The position numbers and the translations under genes are program-made. This document shows, piece after piece, positions 1-9,929 of a stretch of 64,000 nucleotides of DNA; within the stretch, counting starts at the first letter, position 1; each line of letters opens with the position of its first letter. The notes below the pieces were generated by a model that did no database searches, was not told where the DNA came from, and worked only from the letters and a program-made list of their open reading frames with translations. Source of the DNA: Escherichia phage BAU.Micro_ELP-22; the sequence record OR699282.2. One strand, given 5' to 3'.

Positions 1-267
1 AGTTTTATTGTAGGTGATATTGATGCATTCAAGTATTTTGACAAAGGTGCAAAACATTTTGAAATTCAATGTCTTAGTACTGCACTATGTGAACTCATTA
101 AAATTTACATAAAAGAGTATTTGGGTATTGACAATGTACGTGTACCAGAGTATACTTTTTCTATTGAATTCGATTGTGAATCAATCAAAGAGTTTGGAAT
201 TCTTTTCAATAAACAAATAGAACTTGCAATTCAAAACGAAATCAAGTACTATACTACTAACATTTAA
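1..267 (+). CDS. hypothetical protein, C-terminal fragment (5' end outside window)
   Basis: Frame 1 open from window edge to TAA 265-267. Confidence 0.5.
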   Translation, partial: SFIVGDIDAFKYFDKGAKHFEIQCLSTALCELIKIYIKEYLGIDNVRVPEYTFSIEFDCESIKEFGILFNKQIELAIQNEIKYYTTNI

Positions 268-282
268 TCAGAGGAAATTATC

Positions 283-465
283 ATGCAAATTATCATTCTT
301 ATCGTTGGCATCATGCTGGGTGTTTACGGTCACTCCTGGATGAACGAGAAGTTTCCTAATACGCGTCCTGAGTATTGCAGTACTAATGTATTCCAGAATG
401 GTGAGAAACCAAAGGAAAGCATTGGTAAAAAGCTGGATAAAGTACTTGATGTGATCAATGAATAA
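283..465 (+). CDS. hypothetical small protein
   Basis: ORF 60 aa; SD GAGGAA upstream of ATG. Confidence 0.55.
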   Translation: MQIIILIVGIMLGVYGHSWMNEKFPNTRPEYCSTNVFQNGEKPKESIGKKLDKVLDVINE

Positions 466-676
466 GGGCCATAAAATGTTTAAACCGAATTCCAATGTTG
501 GTAAGAAAGTTCAATTACTTGAAGATGTATCCACCATGAGTGGAATTTTCCCAAGAGGTCACATCATGACTATTATTGCCGAAACATCCCGTGGGTGGGA
601 TTTGGAAGATGCTGATGGTAATCGCATCCTTGAGGCTGGATTCTATGGTCATCGTGAATATAAAATCATTGATTAA
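458..676 (+). CDS. hypothetical protein
   Basis: ORF 72 aa overlapping upstream stop; alternative start at 476 with AAGGG. Confidence 0.5.
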   Translation: MNKGHKMFKPNSNVGKKVQLLEDVSTMSGIFPRGHIMTIIAETSRGWDLEDADGNRILEAGFYGHREYKIID

Positions 677-685
677 GGATACAAC

Positions 686-769
686 ATGACTTTAGAGATT
701 GTCTTTGGTATTGTTAGCTTAGTCGTCTGTGTGGGTTGGTTTGGGTATCTGATGATTTTTGGTGATTAA
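686..769 (+). CDS. small hydrophobic peptide (27 aa)
   Basis: AAGGA SD; hydrophobic sequence; short, uncertain. Confidence 0.3.
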   Translation: MTLEIVFGIVSLVVCVGWFGYLMIFGD

Positions 770-773
770 TACT

Positions 774-801
774 TGACATAAGATATCAGTACTGTATAAT
801 G
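774..801 (+). promoter_or_regulatory. sigma70-like promoter (TTGACA, ~16 nt spacer, TATAAT), followed by long 5' stem-loop 810-872
   Basis: Consensus hexamers read directly; AGTACTG abuts -10. Confidence 0.55.
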
Positions 802-893
802 TTTATATCAAAGGGAATGCAGTGAAAGGAAAGACAGCATAATCGTACTCGTCACTGCGTTCCCGCCCTTTTAAATTAAATGAGGAATTAACT

Positions 894-1202
894 ATGTTTC
901 AAACTAACACTCAAGGTTTTGTAATCATCGATTTGAATCAAAACAGCGGTTATTGGATGAAACCTACTGACGCATGTATGCAGTTTGATTTTTTAGGTTA
1001 CAGGATTAGTGTAAGTACTGGTGCTTCTGTACTGCGTGGTGGTTGTATCGTTGAACATCTGGTAACTGATCCAGAAGGTCGTGAGTATGAAATCGCAGGT
1101 TCGGTACAAGATGCCATTATGTTTGTATGTCAGCGTGAAATGAATAGTTCGAATTCAAATGCACTGACTCATGCTCTTTCTCAAGAAGTGGAGGTTCGTT
1201 AA
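894..1202 (+). CDS. hypothetical protein
   Basis: ORF 102 aa; SD GAGGAA. Confidence 0.65.
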   Translation: MFQTNTQGFVIIDLNQNSGYWMKPTDACMQFDFLGYRISVSTGASVLRGGCIVEHLVTDPEGREYEIAGSVQDAIMFVCQREMNSSNSNALTHALSQEVEVR

Positions 1203-1453
1203 TGAAATATATCGTAGCAGTACTCGTTGCATTTTTACTCACTGCATGTGACGCTTCAACAAAAGAACGCACAAGTGATTTTATTCTCCCTATTGAATTA
1301 CAAGAAGCAGGATGTAAGATTTATCGTATGCAAAAGGACGGTGCTGGCGTAACCTTGTATACAGTTTATTGCCCTAATGCAAATACCAGTACTGGATACA
1401 GCAGCGGTAAAACACGAATCAATACTTCAGTGATTAATGGAGTACAACAATGA
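1202..1453 (+). CDS. putative lipoprotein
   Basis: ORF 83 aa; N-terminal signal with lipobox LLTAC; start overlaps upstream stop. Confidence 0.6.
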   Translation: MKYIVAVLVAFLLTACDASTKERTSDFILPIELQEAGCKIYRMQKDGAGVTLYTVYCPNANTSTGYSSGKTRINTSVINGVQQ

Positions 1454-1818
1454 GCCTTGATACAACCCGTGCAACAGATTTATTAACTCGTATGAATAAT
1501 GAAGAATTTCTTGCTGAAATAAAGTACAAGCTTGAAAAACTGGCACGAAGTGCTGAAGTAATTGAAGTTGAAGGTCACTTACCAATGGACCAATTCAATA
1601 CGTTCAACGAAGATATGGTTTATTATCCAAATGAAATTTGGATTGAGTGGGAGTCATGGACTAACAAAACTCTACGCATTGAAGGTTATTGTGTGAATTA
1701 TGAATCTGAACCTGGTGATGTTACAAAAACTCTCTCCATTTGGTGTACAAAAACACATGAACTCGTTGAGGTGAATTTGAATTATATGAAAGGTTTCCGT
1801 TGGGGTGATGTTCAATGA
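1450..1818 (+). CDS. hypothetical protein
   Basis: ORF 122 aa, overlapping start/stop with neighbours. Confidence 0.6.
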   Translation: MSLDTTRATDLLTRMNNEEFLAEIKYKLEKLARSAEVIEVEGHLPMDQFNTFNEDMVYYPNEIWIEWESWTNKTLRIEGYCVNYESEPGDVTKTLSIWCTKTHELVEVNLNYMKGFRWGDVQ

Positions 1819-2090
1819 TTAAAAAACTATTGACAGTTGTCTTTGTATTCTGTACAATGTTTCTTACAGCATGTAATGATGACGGCAGGTTTAGTGCAAA
1901 AGACTTAGTTCGTCAGGATTGTACATTCACAGGTAAGTCTTTTATTAACGAGTATGAGGTATGTACACAATCAGGCCGTATCTGTGGTGGTTGGGAAAAA
2001 CGACAGGAGCGATTGTATGTATATGAATGCCCTGGACATCACAACAAAGTACTAAGCACACACAAACTTGTTTATGATAAGGTTGAATAA
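1815..2090 (+). CDS. putative lipoprotein
   Basis: ORF 91 aa; signal peptide with lipobox FLTAC. Confidence 0.6.
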   Translation: MIKKLLTVVFVFCTMFLTACNDDGRFSAKDLVRQDCTFTGKSFINEYEVCTQSGRICGGWEKRQERLYVYECPGHHNKVLSTHKLVYDKVE

Positions 2091-2305
2091 TGACTACCAA
2101 TGAAATGATGCAGGTTATTTGGGATAAAGGTTGTGATATTAAAATCACTAGTACTGATGTTCGTGTATTCAAAACTGAATATATGGAGTACTTGGACCTT
2201 GATACTTATAATAATATTGTATCAATTGAACACAAAGGTGCAGTACTGGAAACCATTGACGTAGTACTCAAGAAAGCTACCGACCTATTAGGAGTGGCAG
2301 TGTGA
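2090..2305 (+). CDS. hypothetical protein
   Basis: ORF 71 aa, start overlaps upstream stop. Confidence 0.55.
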   Translation: MTTNEMMQVIWDKGCDIKITSTDVRVFKTEYMEYLDLDTYNNIVSIEHKGAVLETIDVVLKKATDLLGVAV

Positions 2306-2456
2306 ATAACAAAGAGTGGGAAGATTACCGCAAGAAGTGCAGGGAGTTTGATAAAGAACTTACTGGTACAGTGAATGCAGTAATGTGGGTATCTGTAATT
2401 ATTGCAGTTCTTGCGTTGGGTGCTATTATTATTAATAAATTATTCTAAGGACTAAT

Positions 2457-2657
2457 ATGTTTACTTTATATCTTGCAGTAGTACTAACTAATGGTGAAAT
2501 CACTCGCACCGTTGGTGAAGGTGTATATAAAACACCTGATCAGTGTTACTCTGCAACTCATTGGCCTCGTGATGCTGGTGATGAATCTCGCACTGAATAC
2601 AAATGTATGAAGGTTAAAGGTGACTTTGTAAATCTAAAGGTTATTGAGACTAAGTAA
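2457..2657 (+). CDS. hypothetical protein
   Basis: ORF 66 aa; SD AAGGA. Confidence 0.55.
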   Translation: MFTLYLAVVLTNGEITRTVGEGVYKTPDQCYSATHWPRDAGDESRTEYKCMKVKGDFVNLKVIETK

Positions 2658-3175
2658 TGGATATTAATGAGTTGTTGAAATTAGTGTTTAATCGTGAACG
2701 CCGCGATACAAGACCAATTGAATATCAAGATGTGATACGCATTGAAACTGATTTCTGTTATGGTAAAACAACTCATGACCTTTTGAATCTCTCTGGAAAA
2801 CGCTATGCTGATGTTTGTTTTTCAGAGAGAAGTGATGGTTCAGAAATAACGAGTACTGATATTGTTTGTTACGCACGCAGTGCTGATAAATCTTATGAAA
2901 TAGAACTTATATATTCCCCTAGTTCTAAAACAAATCATCACCGCCATATTTTATATGATGTTTACACACCACCTGGTATTGCTGAATATTTTGTTATTGA
3001 TTATAGTACTGAAGAAAATGTGTTTCAACAAAGTTTGATTCATAACTTTGAGGTTAATGATCCATTAGTGCCAAAGTTATTCAAACTACTTGACACCATC
3101 GATGTTGATTTTGAATTTGTTATGTGTATTAGAACTTCTTTATTCAATGAATTCATGGAACTTTTTAATATATGA
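2657..3175 (+). CDS. hypothetical protein
   Basis: ORF 172 aa. Confidence 0.6.
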   Translation: MDINELLKLVFNRERRDTRPIEYQDVIRIETDFCYGKTTHDLLNLSGKRYADVCFSERSDGSEITSTDIVCYARSADKSYEIELIYSPSSKTNHHRHILYDVYTPPGIAEYFVIDYSTEENVFQQSLIHNFEVNDPLVPKLFKLLDTIDVDFEFVMCIRTSLFNEFMELFNI

Positions 3176-3393
3176 ATAGATACTATGTTGTGTATGAACA
3201 CGTCTCTGAATTTAATAACATACGAGGTTATTCCAGAGTTGTCACAAAGATGGATGTATTCATTCGTGCTCTTAGTGAAGTGGATGCACTGTTTAAATTG
3301 TTTGATGAAATTACAAAGTATAACACACCCAAAACACACCGCTATGTGGAAACTGTACATAGCATTATACTAACTGAAAGTGATGAGGAATGA
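3172..3393 (+). CDS. hypothetical protein
   Basis: ORF 73 aa, coupled start. Confidence 0.55.
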   Translation: MNRYYVVYEHVSEFNNIRGYSRVVTKMDVFIRALSEVDALFKLFDEITKYNTPKTHRYVETVHSIILTESDEE

Positions 3394-3396
3394 TAA

Positions 3397-3615
3397 ATGA
3401 ATTTATATCTAGTTGAAGGTTTAGTACAAGTCTATAAACCAGAAGGTGAAGGTCAACGTTTTTCACACGTAGAAGAATTTAAGTACGTTGTACAGGCTGA
3501 TGGTCAGTACGATGCGGAAATTCAAGTAGATGAATCATTCCGTAAGAAAAATGAAATTGGTAAATTTCAATACCAGAACTTACAATATAAAGTATGGCCT
3601 AGTATAAATGACTAA
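3397..3615 (+). CDS. hypothetical protein
   Basis: ORF 72 aa; SD GAGGAA. Confidence 0.6.
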   Translation: MNLYLVEGLVQVYKPEGEGQRFSHVEEFKYVVQADGQYDAEIQVDESFRKKNEIGKFQYQNLQYKVWPSIND

Positions 3616-3823
3616 GATGTGGTGGTGTCATGGTGTATATAACGTGTATGTAAATGGTAGATATAAAATGTCTAGTACCTATGCAAGACGTGTTAATGCG
3701 AACAACCAAGTTGATGCTGCTTGTGAGATCATTGAGTGGTATGCTGAGTTCAATGCACCTGACTATATGTACGAAATAGTTACAATAAATGTTGTACAAA
3801 TCGATACATCTTTGATACAATAA
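3608..3823 (+). CDS. hypothetical protein
   Basis: ORF 71 aa. Confidence 0.5.
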   Translation: MTKMWWCHGVYNVYVNGRYKMSSTYARRVNANNQVDAACEIIEWYAEFNAPDYMYEIVTINVVQIDTSLIQ

Positions 3824-3855
3824 CCACATCAAAAAAATTGCATCTGAGGATACTT

Positions 3856-4518
3856 ATGTTAGTTAATCTTAATTTCATCACTTCACCTGACTGGGCATTA
3901 CGTGGAGTTTCTTTAAACTTCAAGGAAACTATGTTTGACTACATTGGTGAGTGTACATTGGTAAATGCAACTTTTGATCCAAATCATCCGTTTTGGGCTG
4001 AAATTCATGATCCAAATGTAAACAACAATACATCTGTTATGACTATTGTCCAGACTAAACATGCAGGTATCCTTGCAGGTTATCGACCTGCACATGCAAT
4101 TGAACACTTCACTGATTACGATGTCGTGGATGAATACCCAATGATCCATGAAGATGGAAGTCTATACACATCTGAAGACTTCCGTGCTATCTTTAATAGT
4201 ACTGATGATATTCTACCAAGTGGACGTCCACGTCCTGAGTCTTATCTTATGCATCCATCTTATGGTGTAGCAGATACGCTTGAACAGATTATGAATAAGT
4301 ACAAGAACCTAATTGAAGGTCCAGAAGAAATTGTCCTGTGCTATCACCCAGTACTGAAGTCTGAACAACCAAAGGATGGTGGATGGCGTTGGCATAAGAA
4401 TGGTGAGTATATCGGTACTAAACGAAGTAAAGAACGTTTTGAGTACTTGTATGATGAGCCAGATGTTGATGTGGTTTTGTGTTATAATTTTATTAAGGTG
4501 AAAAAGAAATGTATCTAG
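3856..4518 (+). CDS. hypothetical protein (220 aa)
   Basis: Start moved to internal ATG with SD GAGGA; ORF track 3838..4518. Confidence 0.6.
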   Translation: MLVNLNFITSPDWALRGVSLNFKETMFDYIGECTLVNATFDPNHPFWAEIHDPNVNNNTSVMTIVQTKHAGILAGYRPAHAIEHFTDYDVVDEYPMIHEDGSLYTSEDFRAIFNSTDDILPSGRPRPESYLMHPSYGVADTLEQIMNKYKNLIEGPEEIVLCYHPVLKSEQPKDGGWRWHKNGEYIGTKRSKERFEYLYDEPDVDVVLCYNFIKVKKKCI

Positions 4519-4751
4519 TACTAAGTTTTGTTGTTGCACTATTGTTTATGTTCTATCCTACACTAGTGGCATTAGCCACTAGGCGAACGATGGTAGATCT
4601 CACTACTGTATTCTTGCTAAACGTGGCATTAGTACTGGTGTCTATTATCATTCCAGTGAGCTTTACAGTTATTGATATTATTTCGGTATTACTCTTCGTG
4701 TTAAGTTATCTTATGCTTATTGAAGAAACAAATGTTGACAAACGTTCGTAG
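4509..4751 (+). CDS. small membrane protein
   Basis: ORF 80 aa, hydrophobic; SD AAGGTG. Confidence 0.55.
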   Translation: MYLVLSFVVALLFMFYPTLVALATRRTMVDLTTVFLLNVALVLVSIIIPVSFTVIDIISVLLFVLSYLMLIEETNVDKRS

Positions 4752-4762
4752 TACTGTATAAT
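4735..4762 (+). promoter_or_regulatory. sigma70-like promoter (TTGACA/TATAAT)
   Basis: TTGACA ~16 nt upstream of TATAAT, AGTACTG before -10. Confidence 0.5.
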
Positions 4763-4809
4763 GGTTCCTGTAGTCTGAAACTTAACACTTAAACTTGAGG
4801 TAAAAAAAT

Positions 4810-5136
4810 ATGCTATCAGTACTAATTTCAATTCCGTCTTTAATTCTGATTTGGCTTCTGGTTTACGAATGCTTTATTACTGATGATAATGATAAAAAAG
4901 AGTTCTCTGAGTTGTTTATGCTTGATTCACCGATTGTGCGTATTTTCTATACAGTCGTTGTGGTTTCAGTAATTGTATGGATTTTGAGTTTTATCTTCCC
5001 ACTCGGTGCAGTAGTTAAAACTTTGGATTTAGTTGAGAACTTTGTTGCAATTATGTGGCTAATCAAAGCACTATTTGCAGGAAATGTTAAAATTTGGATT
5101 GATATTATCAAATTCAAGTTCACGAATAAGATGTAA
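4810..5136 (+). CDS. membrane protein
   Basis: ORF 108 aa, hydrophobic; SD GAGG. Confidence 0.6.
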   Translation: MLSVLISIPSLILIWLLVYECFITDDNDKKEFSELFMLDSPIVRIFYTVVVVSVIVWILSFIFPLGAVVKTLDLVENFVAIMWLIKALFAGNVKIWIDIIKFKFTNKM

Positions 5137-5161
5137 CAGTGAAAATATCTCTATAGTATTA

Positions 5162-5203
5162 AATACTTCTGTACATATATATAGTACAGAAGTATTTCTC
5201 GTT
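5162..5203 (+). terminator. hairpin terminator
   Basis: Inverted repeat AATACTTCTGTAC / GTACAGAAGTATT followed by T-rich run. Confidence 0.5.
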
Positions 5204-5214
5204 AGAGGTTTGTT

Positions 5215-5574
5215 ATGAAGAGTTATATAAAATTAATAGCACTTGTGTGTGCATTATTTTCATGTTTTAGTTATGGTGCAGCAGCAGAAACATATTGTCG
5301 TAGTACTAAGGGAACGTGGCATGTATTGACTAACGACCCTAGAAATGGTAAAAATATAGTTGTTGATGGTGTGATTTATCGTTTTAAAGTAGAAAGTATT
5401 ATCGGTAATAAAAAAATCTCGACTTATAGAGATGATTCTGGTACATTAGCAAACGTAATATTAATTGTAGACCCAAGAACTGGTAATGGTGATATCTATA
5501 TAGTAATTTACTTGGACTCATCGGTACGCCGTGACCTAGATATAGATAAATTGAACTTACACTGTGAAATATAG
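5215..5574 (+). CDS. secreted protein (signal peptide)
   Basis: ORF 119 aa; N-terminal hydrophobic signal ending GAAAE. Confidence 0.6.
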   Translation: MKSYIKLIALVCALFSCFSYGAAAETYCRSTKGTWHVLTNDPRNGKNIVVDGVIYRFKVESIIGNKKISTYRDDSGTLANVILIVDPRTGNGDIYIVIYLDSSVRRDLDIDKLNLHCEI

Positions 5575-5584
5575 GACTTAAAAA

Positions 5585-5962
5585 ATGGTAAACACTATTT
5601 TACTTTTGTTGTTGAATATTCCAATTATTCTGTCTTTTTTAATTTCTATTTTTATGGCAGGATATTGTTTAGTTGCAGTAATTCATTTCATTTTAACAAA
5701 CAAATATGTCCTAATTTCTAAGCTTGATTCTATTTTTGCTTGCGATTCGATTGCTTATAACTTGTGGTTAATTTGTTCTTGCATTATGGGAGTAACTTTC
5801 CTTCTGTATGTATTTGATGTCCTTGACCAAAAGTTCGTATACATCAGTACTGGATTGGCTCTTTATCCTGCTACGTGGTACTTGATTTACGTTGGTGATA
5901 TATGGTATAGTACTTATAAAGAATATCAGTACAAGAAATCACTTAACGTTGGAGGAAAATAA
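5585..5962 (+). CDS. membrane protein
   Basis: ORF 125 aa, several hydrophobic segments. Confidence 0.6.
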   Translation: MVNTILLLLLNIPIILSFLISIFMAGYCLVAVIHFILTNKYVLISKLDSIFACDSIAYNLWLICSCIMGVTFLLYVFDVLDQKFVYISTGLALYPATWYLIYVGDIWYSTYKEYQYKKSLNVGGK

Positions 5963-5964
5963 TC

Positions 5965-6315
5965 ATGAAAATTATTTTATTTTTTGTATGTATGTTAATG
6001 TGTGGATTGTCATATGCTGAACCATTGGAAGGTTTAGTTTGTACAGATGGTAATATTAAACATATCTATCAAGGTGATAGTGACAATCGAGATATTGTAT
6101 ATATTGATGGACAATCATATACGTTTGTTAAAGAGCATACAGTAGGCGACATTAGCTTCACTGAGTTTTCTAACGACACAGACCCTAACTTCTTAGCGTT
6201 TATTGAAGTAGATGTATATGAAGATAGTAATGGCACACAATATGCTAAATTAGTTATGATGCGTCGTGGTGCTAAAGAAACTAGTTTTGGTGGCTTGTGT
6301 AAATATAAGGATTGA
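5965..6315 (+). CDS. secreted protein (signal peptide)
   Basis: ORF 116 aa; SD GGAGGA. Confidence 0.6.
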   Translation: MKIILFFVCMLMCGLSYAEPLEGLVCTDGNIKHIYQGDSDNRDIVYIDGQSYTFVKEHTVGDISFTEFSNDTDPNFLAFIEVDVYEDSNGTQYAKLVMMRRGAKETSFGGLCKYKD

Positions 6316-6319
6316 TATT

Positions 6320-6511
6320 ATGTTGATTTATCAAAGTGATAATATTCGTGTTATGCAGCATCCCTACTTACAAATCTTTGATGTGCAGCAGTATATGGAA
6401 GGTGATGACCCAAGAACCTATGGTCGTAAGTATGATTACTTCACTGTAAAGCAGTGTAAAAATATTAACGAAGTACGACAATTAGTTCAAGAACTTCAAA
6501 ACAAAGGTTGA
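6320..6511 (+). CDS. hypothetical protein
   Basis: Internal ATG with SD AAGGA (63 aa); ORF track 6266..6511. Confidence 0.5.
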   Translation: MLIYQSDNIRVMQHPYLQIFDVQQYMEGDDPRTYGRKYDYFTVKQCKNINEVRQLVQELQNKG

Positions 6512-6537
6512 CTTCGGTCAGCCTTTTTTGTTATAAT
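6505..6537 (+). terminator. intrinsic terminator with embedded promoter
   Basis: AGGTTGAC-TTCG-GTCAGCCT hairpin, T-tract, then TATAAT about 18 nt after the TTGACT in the stem. Confidence 0.6.
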
Positions 6538-6565
6538 TCTCTTAATAAATTAGAGGATTTTAATT

Positions 6566-7006
6566 ATGTATGTATATCGTTTTGAACTTAAATTTAGTTA
6601 CATTGAACCTAACTTAGATCCTGCACGAACTGTAGGTCCGTTTGCACGGTATTCAACTAGATACAGTACTAAAAATGGATTTGACCGTTTGTGCATGACC
6701 ACACCTTCGCAATTCCAACCAGAACCAACTGAAGATGGAATCTATTCAATCAAACGTGGCTGGGTATTTGGCTGTCAAAGTTTGAAAGATTTGTTCAGAT
6801 TCTTCACTATGGACTTGGGTAAATTGCATCGTGCTGGGTTTGCTATATCTGTATATGAAGTTCCAGACCACCATGTAGACATTGGTCGTAATCAGGTTCA
6901 GTACTATTGCGGTAGTGCTAAATTAGTTCGTATCATGTCAGTTAAGGAAGCAAAGGATGAGTTCCGACAAAGTAAAAGAGAAACACATGAGGTAATATAT
7001 GGATAA
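6566..7006 (+). CDS. hypothetical protein
   Basis: ORF 146 aa; SD GAGGA. Confidence 0.65.
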   Translation: MYVYRFELKFSYIEPNLDPARTVGPFARYSTRYSTKNGFDRLCMTTPSQFQPEPTEDGIYSIKRGWVFGCQSLKDLFRFFTMDLGKLHRAGFAISVYEVPDHHVDIGRNQVQYYCGSAKLVRIMSVKEAKDEFRQSKRETHEVIYG

Positions 7007-7343
7007 AACTCAAATAGAATTAAAGAAATTTGTTTCATTCTATTTTCCTGATGACCCACGTAATTCACAAAAAGATATTGAATATTATAATATCCTATCT
7101 AAACAGTTAATGAGAAAGTTTCAACAGTGTTTAACTATATTCAATACAGATGGAAGACGTAGATACCGAATCGTTTCAATGAATGATGAAAACGCAAATT
7201 TCTTTGATTACGATGTAGTTTTTAGAGCATATAATGATGATCGTATAAAATTAAATTATGATCAAATTATACTTGACCTGAATGTTATATGTGTTATAAT
7301 CACTCACGTAGCCGAACTTAATGGTTTTAAAGAATGGTATTGA
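6999..7343 (+). CDS. hypothetical protein
   Basis: ORF 114 aa. Confidence 0.55.
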   Translation: MDKTQIELKKFVSFYFPDDPRNSQKDIEYYNILSKQLMRKFQQCLTIFNTDGRRRYRIVSMNDENANFFDYDVVFRAYNDDRIKLNYDQIILDLNVICVIITHVAELNGFKEWY

Positions 7344-7357
7344 ATAGAGGATAACAT

Positions 7358-7624
7358 ATGAAGCTTAAATTACAATATAATGGATTTACTTTACGTAATG
7401 ATACTGAATTTATTAATCGTTCTCCTGGTGCTGAACTGTTTTTACGAGAGATGAACATTCCTTTCATCATTACTACAGTGGGCGACCGTGAAGTTCTACA
7501 ATATGCAGAGCATCCGATTATTGATGTTCCTTGGTACTCTGAGCATATGTACATGGATATGGCACGTCGCTACAACTGTAAGTTCGTAGTTGAAGGTGAT
7601 AAAATTACAGTCGAATTTAAATAA
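7358..7624 (+). CDS. hypothetical protein
   Basis: ORF 88 aa; SD GAGGA. Confidence 0.6.
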   Translation: MKLKLQYNGFTLRNDTEFINRSPGAELFLREMNIPFIITTVGDREVLQYAEHPIIDVPWYSEHMYMDMARRYNCKFVVEGDKITVEFK

Positions 7625-7636
7625 GGTAAATTAAAA

Positions 7637-7930
7637 ATGATCAGTACTTCAGTTAATGAAAGCATCGTCGCTGACGTAGAAATGGTTAAAGAATGTGCAG
7701 ATGAAACTCTTCGTGATATGTACATTAATGATTTAATTACTGAATACGGTAGTCGTGGTGTACACGAATTTATTCGTTTAAGTGGAGAGTTGATGAAAAA
7801 TCGAATTCGTATGAAGCTTAACGTACATCCAAAAGCATGGGCATTTACATTAAAATACGCAGAAGATATTGTGAATTTGCGTCGAACTGAAGTATATGAA
7901 CGTTTGCACAATGGTATGTTAGATAAATGA
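7637..7930 (+). CDS. hypothetical protein
   Basis: ORF 97 aa. Confidence 0.6.
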   Translation: MISTSVNESIVADVEMVKECADETLRDMYINDLITEYGSRGVHEFIRLSGELMKNRIRMKLNVHPKAWAFTLKYAEDIVNLRRTEVYERLHNGMLDK

Positions 7931-7935
7931 TTGTA

Positions 7936-7969
7936 AAAAAGGAATTCTTAAATGAATTCCTTTTTGTTT
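7936..7969 (+). terminator. intrinsic terminator
   Basis: AAGGAATTC / GAATTCCTT hairpin followed by TTTTTGTTT. Confidence 0.6.
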
Positions 7970-7982
7970 ATAAGGTATAGTA

Positions 7983-8204
7983 ATGAAATATATAGTACTT
8001 GTACTGATATTATTCAGTACTGTTGTAAGTGCTAAACAAAAAGAATATGTTAAATGTATAAATTATGAAGAGAAATATGTTGAAACATATAAAAAAAGTA
8101 TAATTAAAAACGTTTCGATTACTAACAGAGCAACAATCATTGTACTTAAAAATGGGTTAATTATGCTATATAAACCACACGTTAAATGTGAAATTATTAA
8201 TTGA
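7983..8204 (+). CDS. secreted small protein
   Basis: ORF 73 aa with signal peptide. Confidence 0.55.
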   Translation: MKYIVLVLILFSTVVSAKQKEYVKCINYEEKYVETYKKSIIKNVSITNRATIIVLKNGLIMLYKPHVKCEIIN

Positions 8205-8211
8205 GGAAATT

Positions 8212-8784
8212 ATGAATCGTAAAGGTCGTTTTAAAGTATCAAAAAAGAACAAAAGTTCTAGGTTTAAACCTATTGTTTTAACAGTTAAATCTAACAAAGA
8301 TTTAACTGCACTTAGTAAAAAGATAATTTCATCTAAGATTGAAGTATCATACGTAAATTCATTAAAATATATGAATGTCAAACCACTGGACCAACTCATT
8401 TCACTTATATTTGAACGTAATGATTTTGAGATATCAGTAGATGATTATAGAGCCTATAATGCTGGTTTCATTAATGTTACTTGTAATAAAAAACTAACTG
8501 AGTTGGAAAATTTGTCATGTATAATAAATCTAGATAAAGGTGTTGTGAAGTACCATTTTGTACATTTCACTAATATCAATAATGGAATGGGTGTACAATC
8601 CAGACCTATAGTGCCTACGTGTGATGTTACTAAATTAGCAAAGCTCAATGATGAAGAATATTTTCAAGAAAGCATTGTAACTGAGCATTTAGATGATATA
8701 ATAGCTACTTACAAAGAATGCATATGGGTGTTGAATGCTATAAAACCTAAATTGTGTTTAATGAATATTGTTCGTGATTTATGA
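8212..8784 (+). CDS. hypothetical protein
   Basis: Start at internal ATG with SD GAGGAA (190 aa). Confidence 0.6.
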   Translation: MNRKGRFKVSKKNKSSRFKPIVLTVKSNKDLTALSKKIISSKIEVSYVNSLKYMNVKPLDQLISLIFERNDFEISVDDYRAYNAGFINVTCNKKLTELENLSCIINLDKGVVKYHFVHFTNINNGMGVQSRPIVPTCDVTKLAKLNDEEYFQESIVTEHLDDIIATYKECIWVLNAIKPKLCLMNIVRDL

Positions 8785-8797
8785 ATGGGGAATCGTA

Positions 8798-9241
8798 ATG
8801 AGTTGGGTAAATGTTAATAGTATTGAACTTAACGAACAAGATATTTTTGCATTTGTAAATTTAACTAATAACACAGTACTAAAAGGGCGTTTGTTCAGTG
8901 CTAGTGATGGGTACAAATGGATCTCTTTGATGGATGATAGTGGTGTGATTTATAATGTAATGCAATTACCCCAATGGGTATATAGTAACACTGCTGACGA
9001 TGTTCTTACCGCAGTTATGCGTGAGTTTGAAAAACTCCCAGGTGGTGATATCAAAAACAAAGTTTTTAATGCAGAACGTAAAAATTATACAGCACAGCAA
9101 TTGGAATCCCTTGCCATTGCTGCTTATCAAGCTGCTATTAAGAAGCCAGAGTGCGTTATTCTTAAGTATGTACCAGACTTAAAACTTACGTTGGAAGACA
9201 TGGATGCATTCATTTTTACATCTGAACTTGATCAGTACTAA
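8798..9241 (+). CDS. hypothetical protein
   Basis: Start at internal ATG (147 aa). Confidence 0.55.
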   Translation: MSWVNVNSIELNEQDIFAFVNLTNNTVLKGRLFSASDGYKWISLMDDSGVIYNVMQLPQWVYSNTADDVLTAVMREFEKLPGGDIKNKVFNAERKNYTAQQLESLAIAAYQAAIKKPECVILKYVPDLKLTLEDMDAFIFTSELDQY

Positions 9242-9356
9242 TTTAACTTTGGGACAACCATTCTTATTATGATATAATGTTTTATGTCATTCGATATAAA
9301 TGACAACGGAACTATAAATATTATAGTAAAATTTATCTCTTATAGGAGTTATAAAA

Positions 9357-9740
9357 ATGGTTGATAAATGGAATAAGAAAGATCCATCACATGATGTTGA
9401 TATTTCTGGTCTAGACAATGCACATAAGCACAAGTATCTAGATTCACTAGGTCTTCTAAAACCAGACCAAAGTCTTGCACATGATCGTCCATCCCGTGAA
9501 AAAGCATTTAGCCTAGAATCACTAGGTCATGAGCTTAATCGTGTGTTTGAGGATCACCCAATCTATGTACGTGATATTATCGAGAAACTTAAAGTAACTC
9601 CTAAAGAGCACTTTAAAGCAACTGTACACTCTGCATTCCGTGCATTACATGAATCTCTAAAGAAAACTCACAATCTTCGTAAAATTCATGATGAAATCGT
9701 GAATGCTATCGAAAGTGAAAAACATAAGTTCAAGAAGTAA
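9357..9740 (+). CDS. hypothetical protein, shares SLGLL-containing domain with 9987..11264
   Basis: ORF 127 aa; SD AGGAG; TATAAATA ~40 nt upstream. Confidence 0.65.
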   Translation: MVDKWNKKDPSHDVDISGLDNAHKHKYLDSLGLLKPDQSLAHDRPSREKAFSLESLGHELNRVFEDHPIYVRDIIEKLKVTPKEHFKATVHSAFRALHESLKKTHNLRKIHDEIVNAIESEKHKFKK

Positions 9741-9746
9741 TAAAAA

Positions 9747-9779
9747 GGGTTGACTAAGGTCAGCCCTTTGTTGTATCAT
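9747..9779 (+). terminator. terminator with embedded promoter
   Basis: GGGTTGAC-TAAG-GTCAGCCC hairpin + T-run, then TATCAT. Confidence 0.55.
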
Positions 9780-9808
9780 AACTTCTCAATATAACTGAGG
9801 TATCATAT

Positions 9809-9922
9809 ATGCAAGGTTTAAAATTTGTAGTTGCTGCACTCATCGCCGCAGTACTGGTTGGTGGTGTATTCTATGTAGTGGATCAAAAAGTAAATCCACC
9901 TGCACAAGAACAATCTACGTAA
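9809..9922 (+). CDS. small membrane peptide (37 aa)
   Basis: SD GAGG; hydrophobic core; flanked by two terminator/promoter cassettes. Confidence 0.4.
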   Translation: MQGLKFVVAALIAAVLVGGVFYVVDQKVNPPAQEQST

Positions 9923-9929
9923 CAAAATA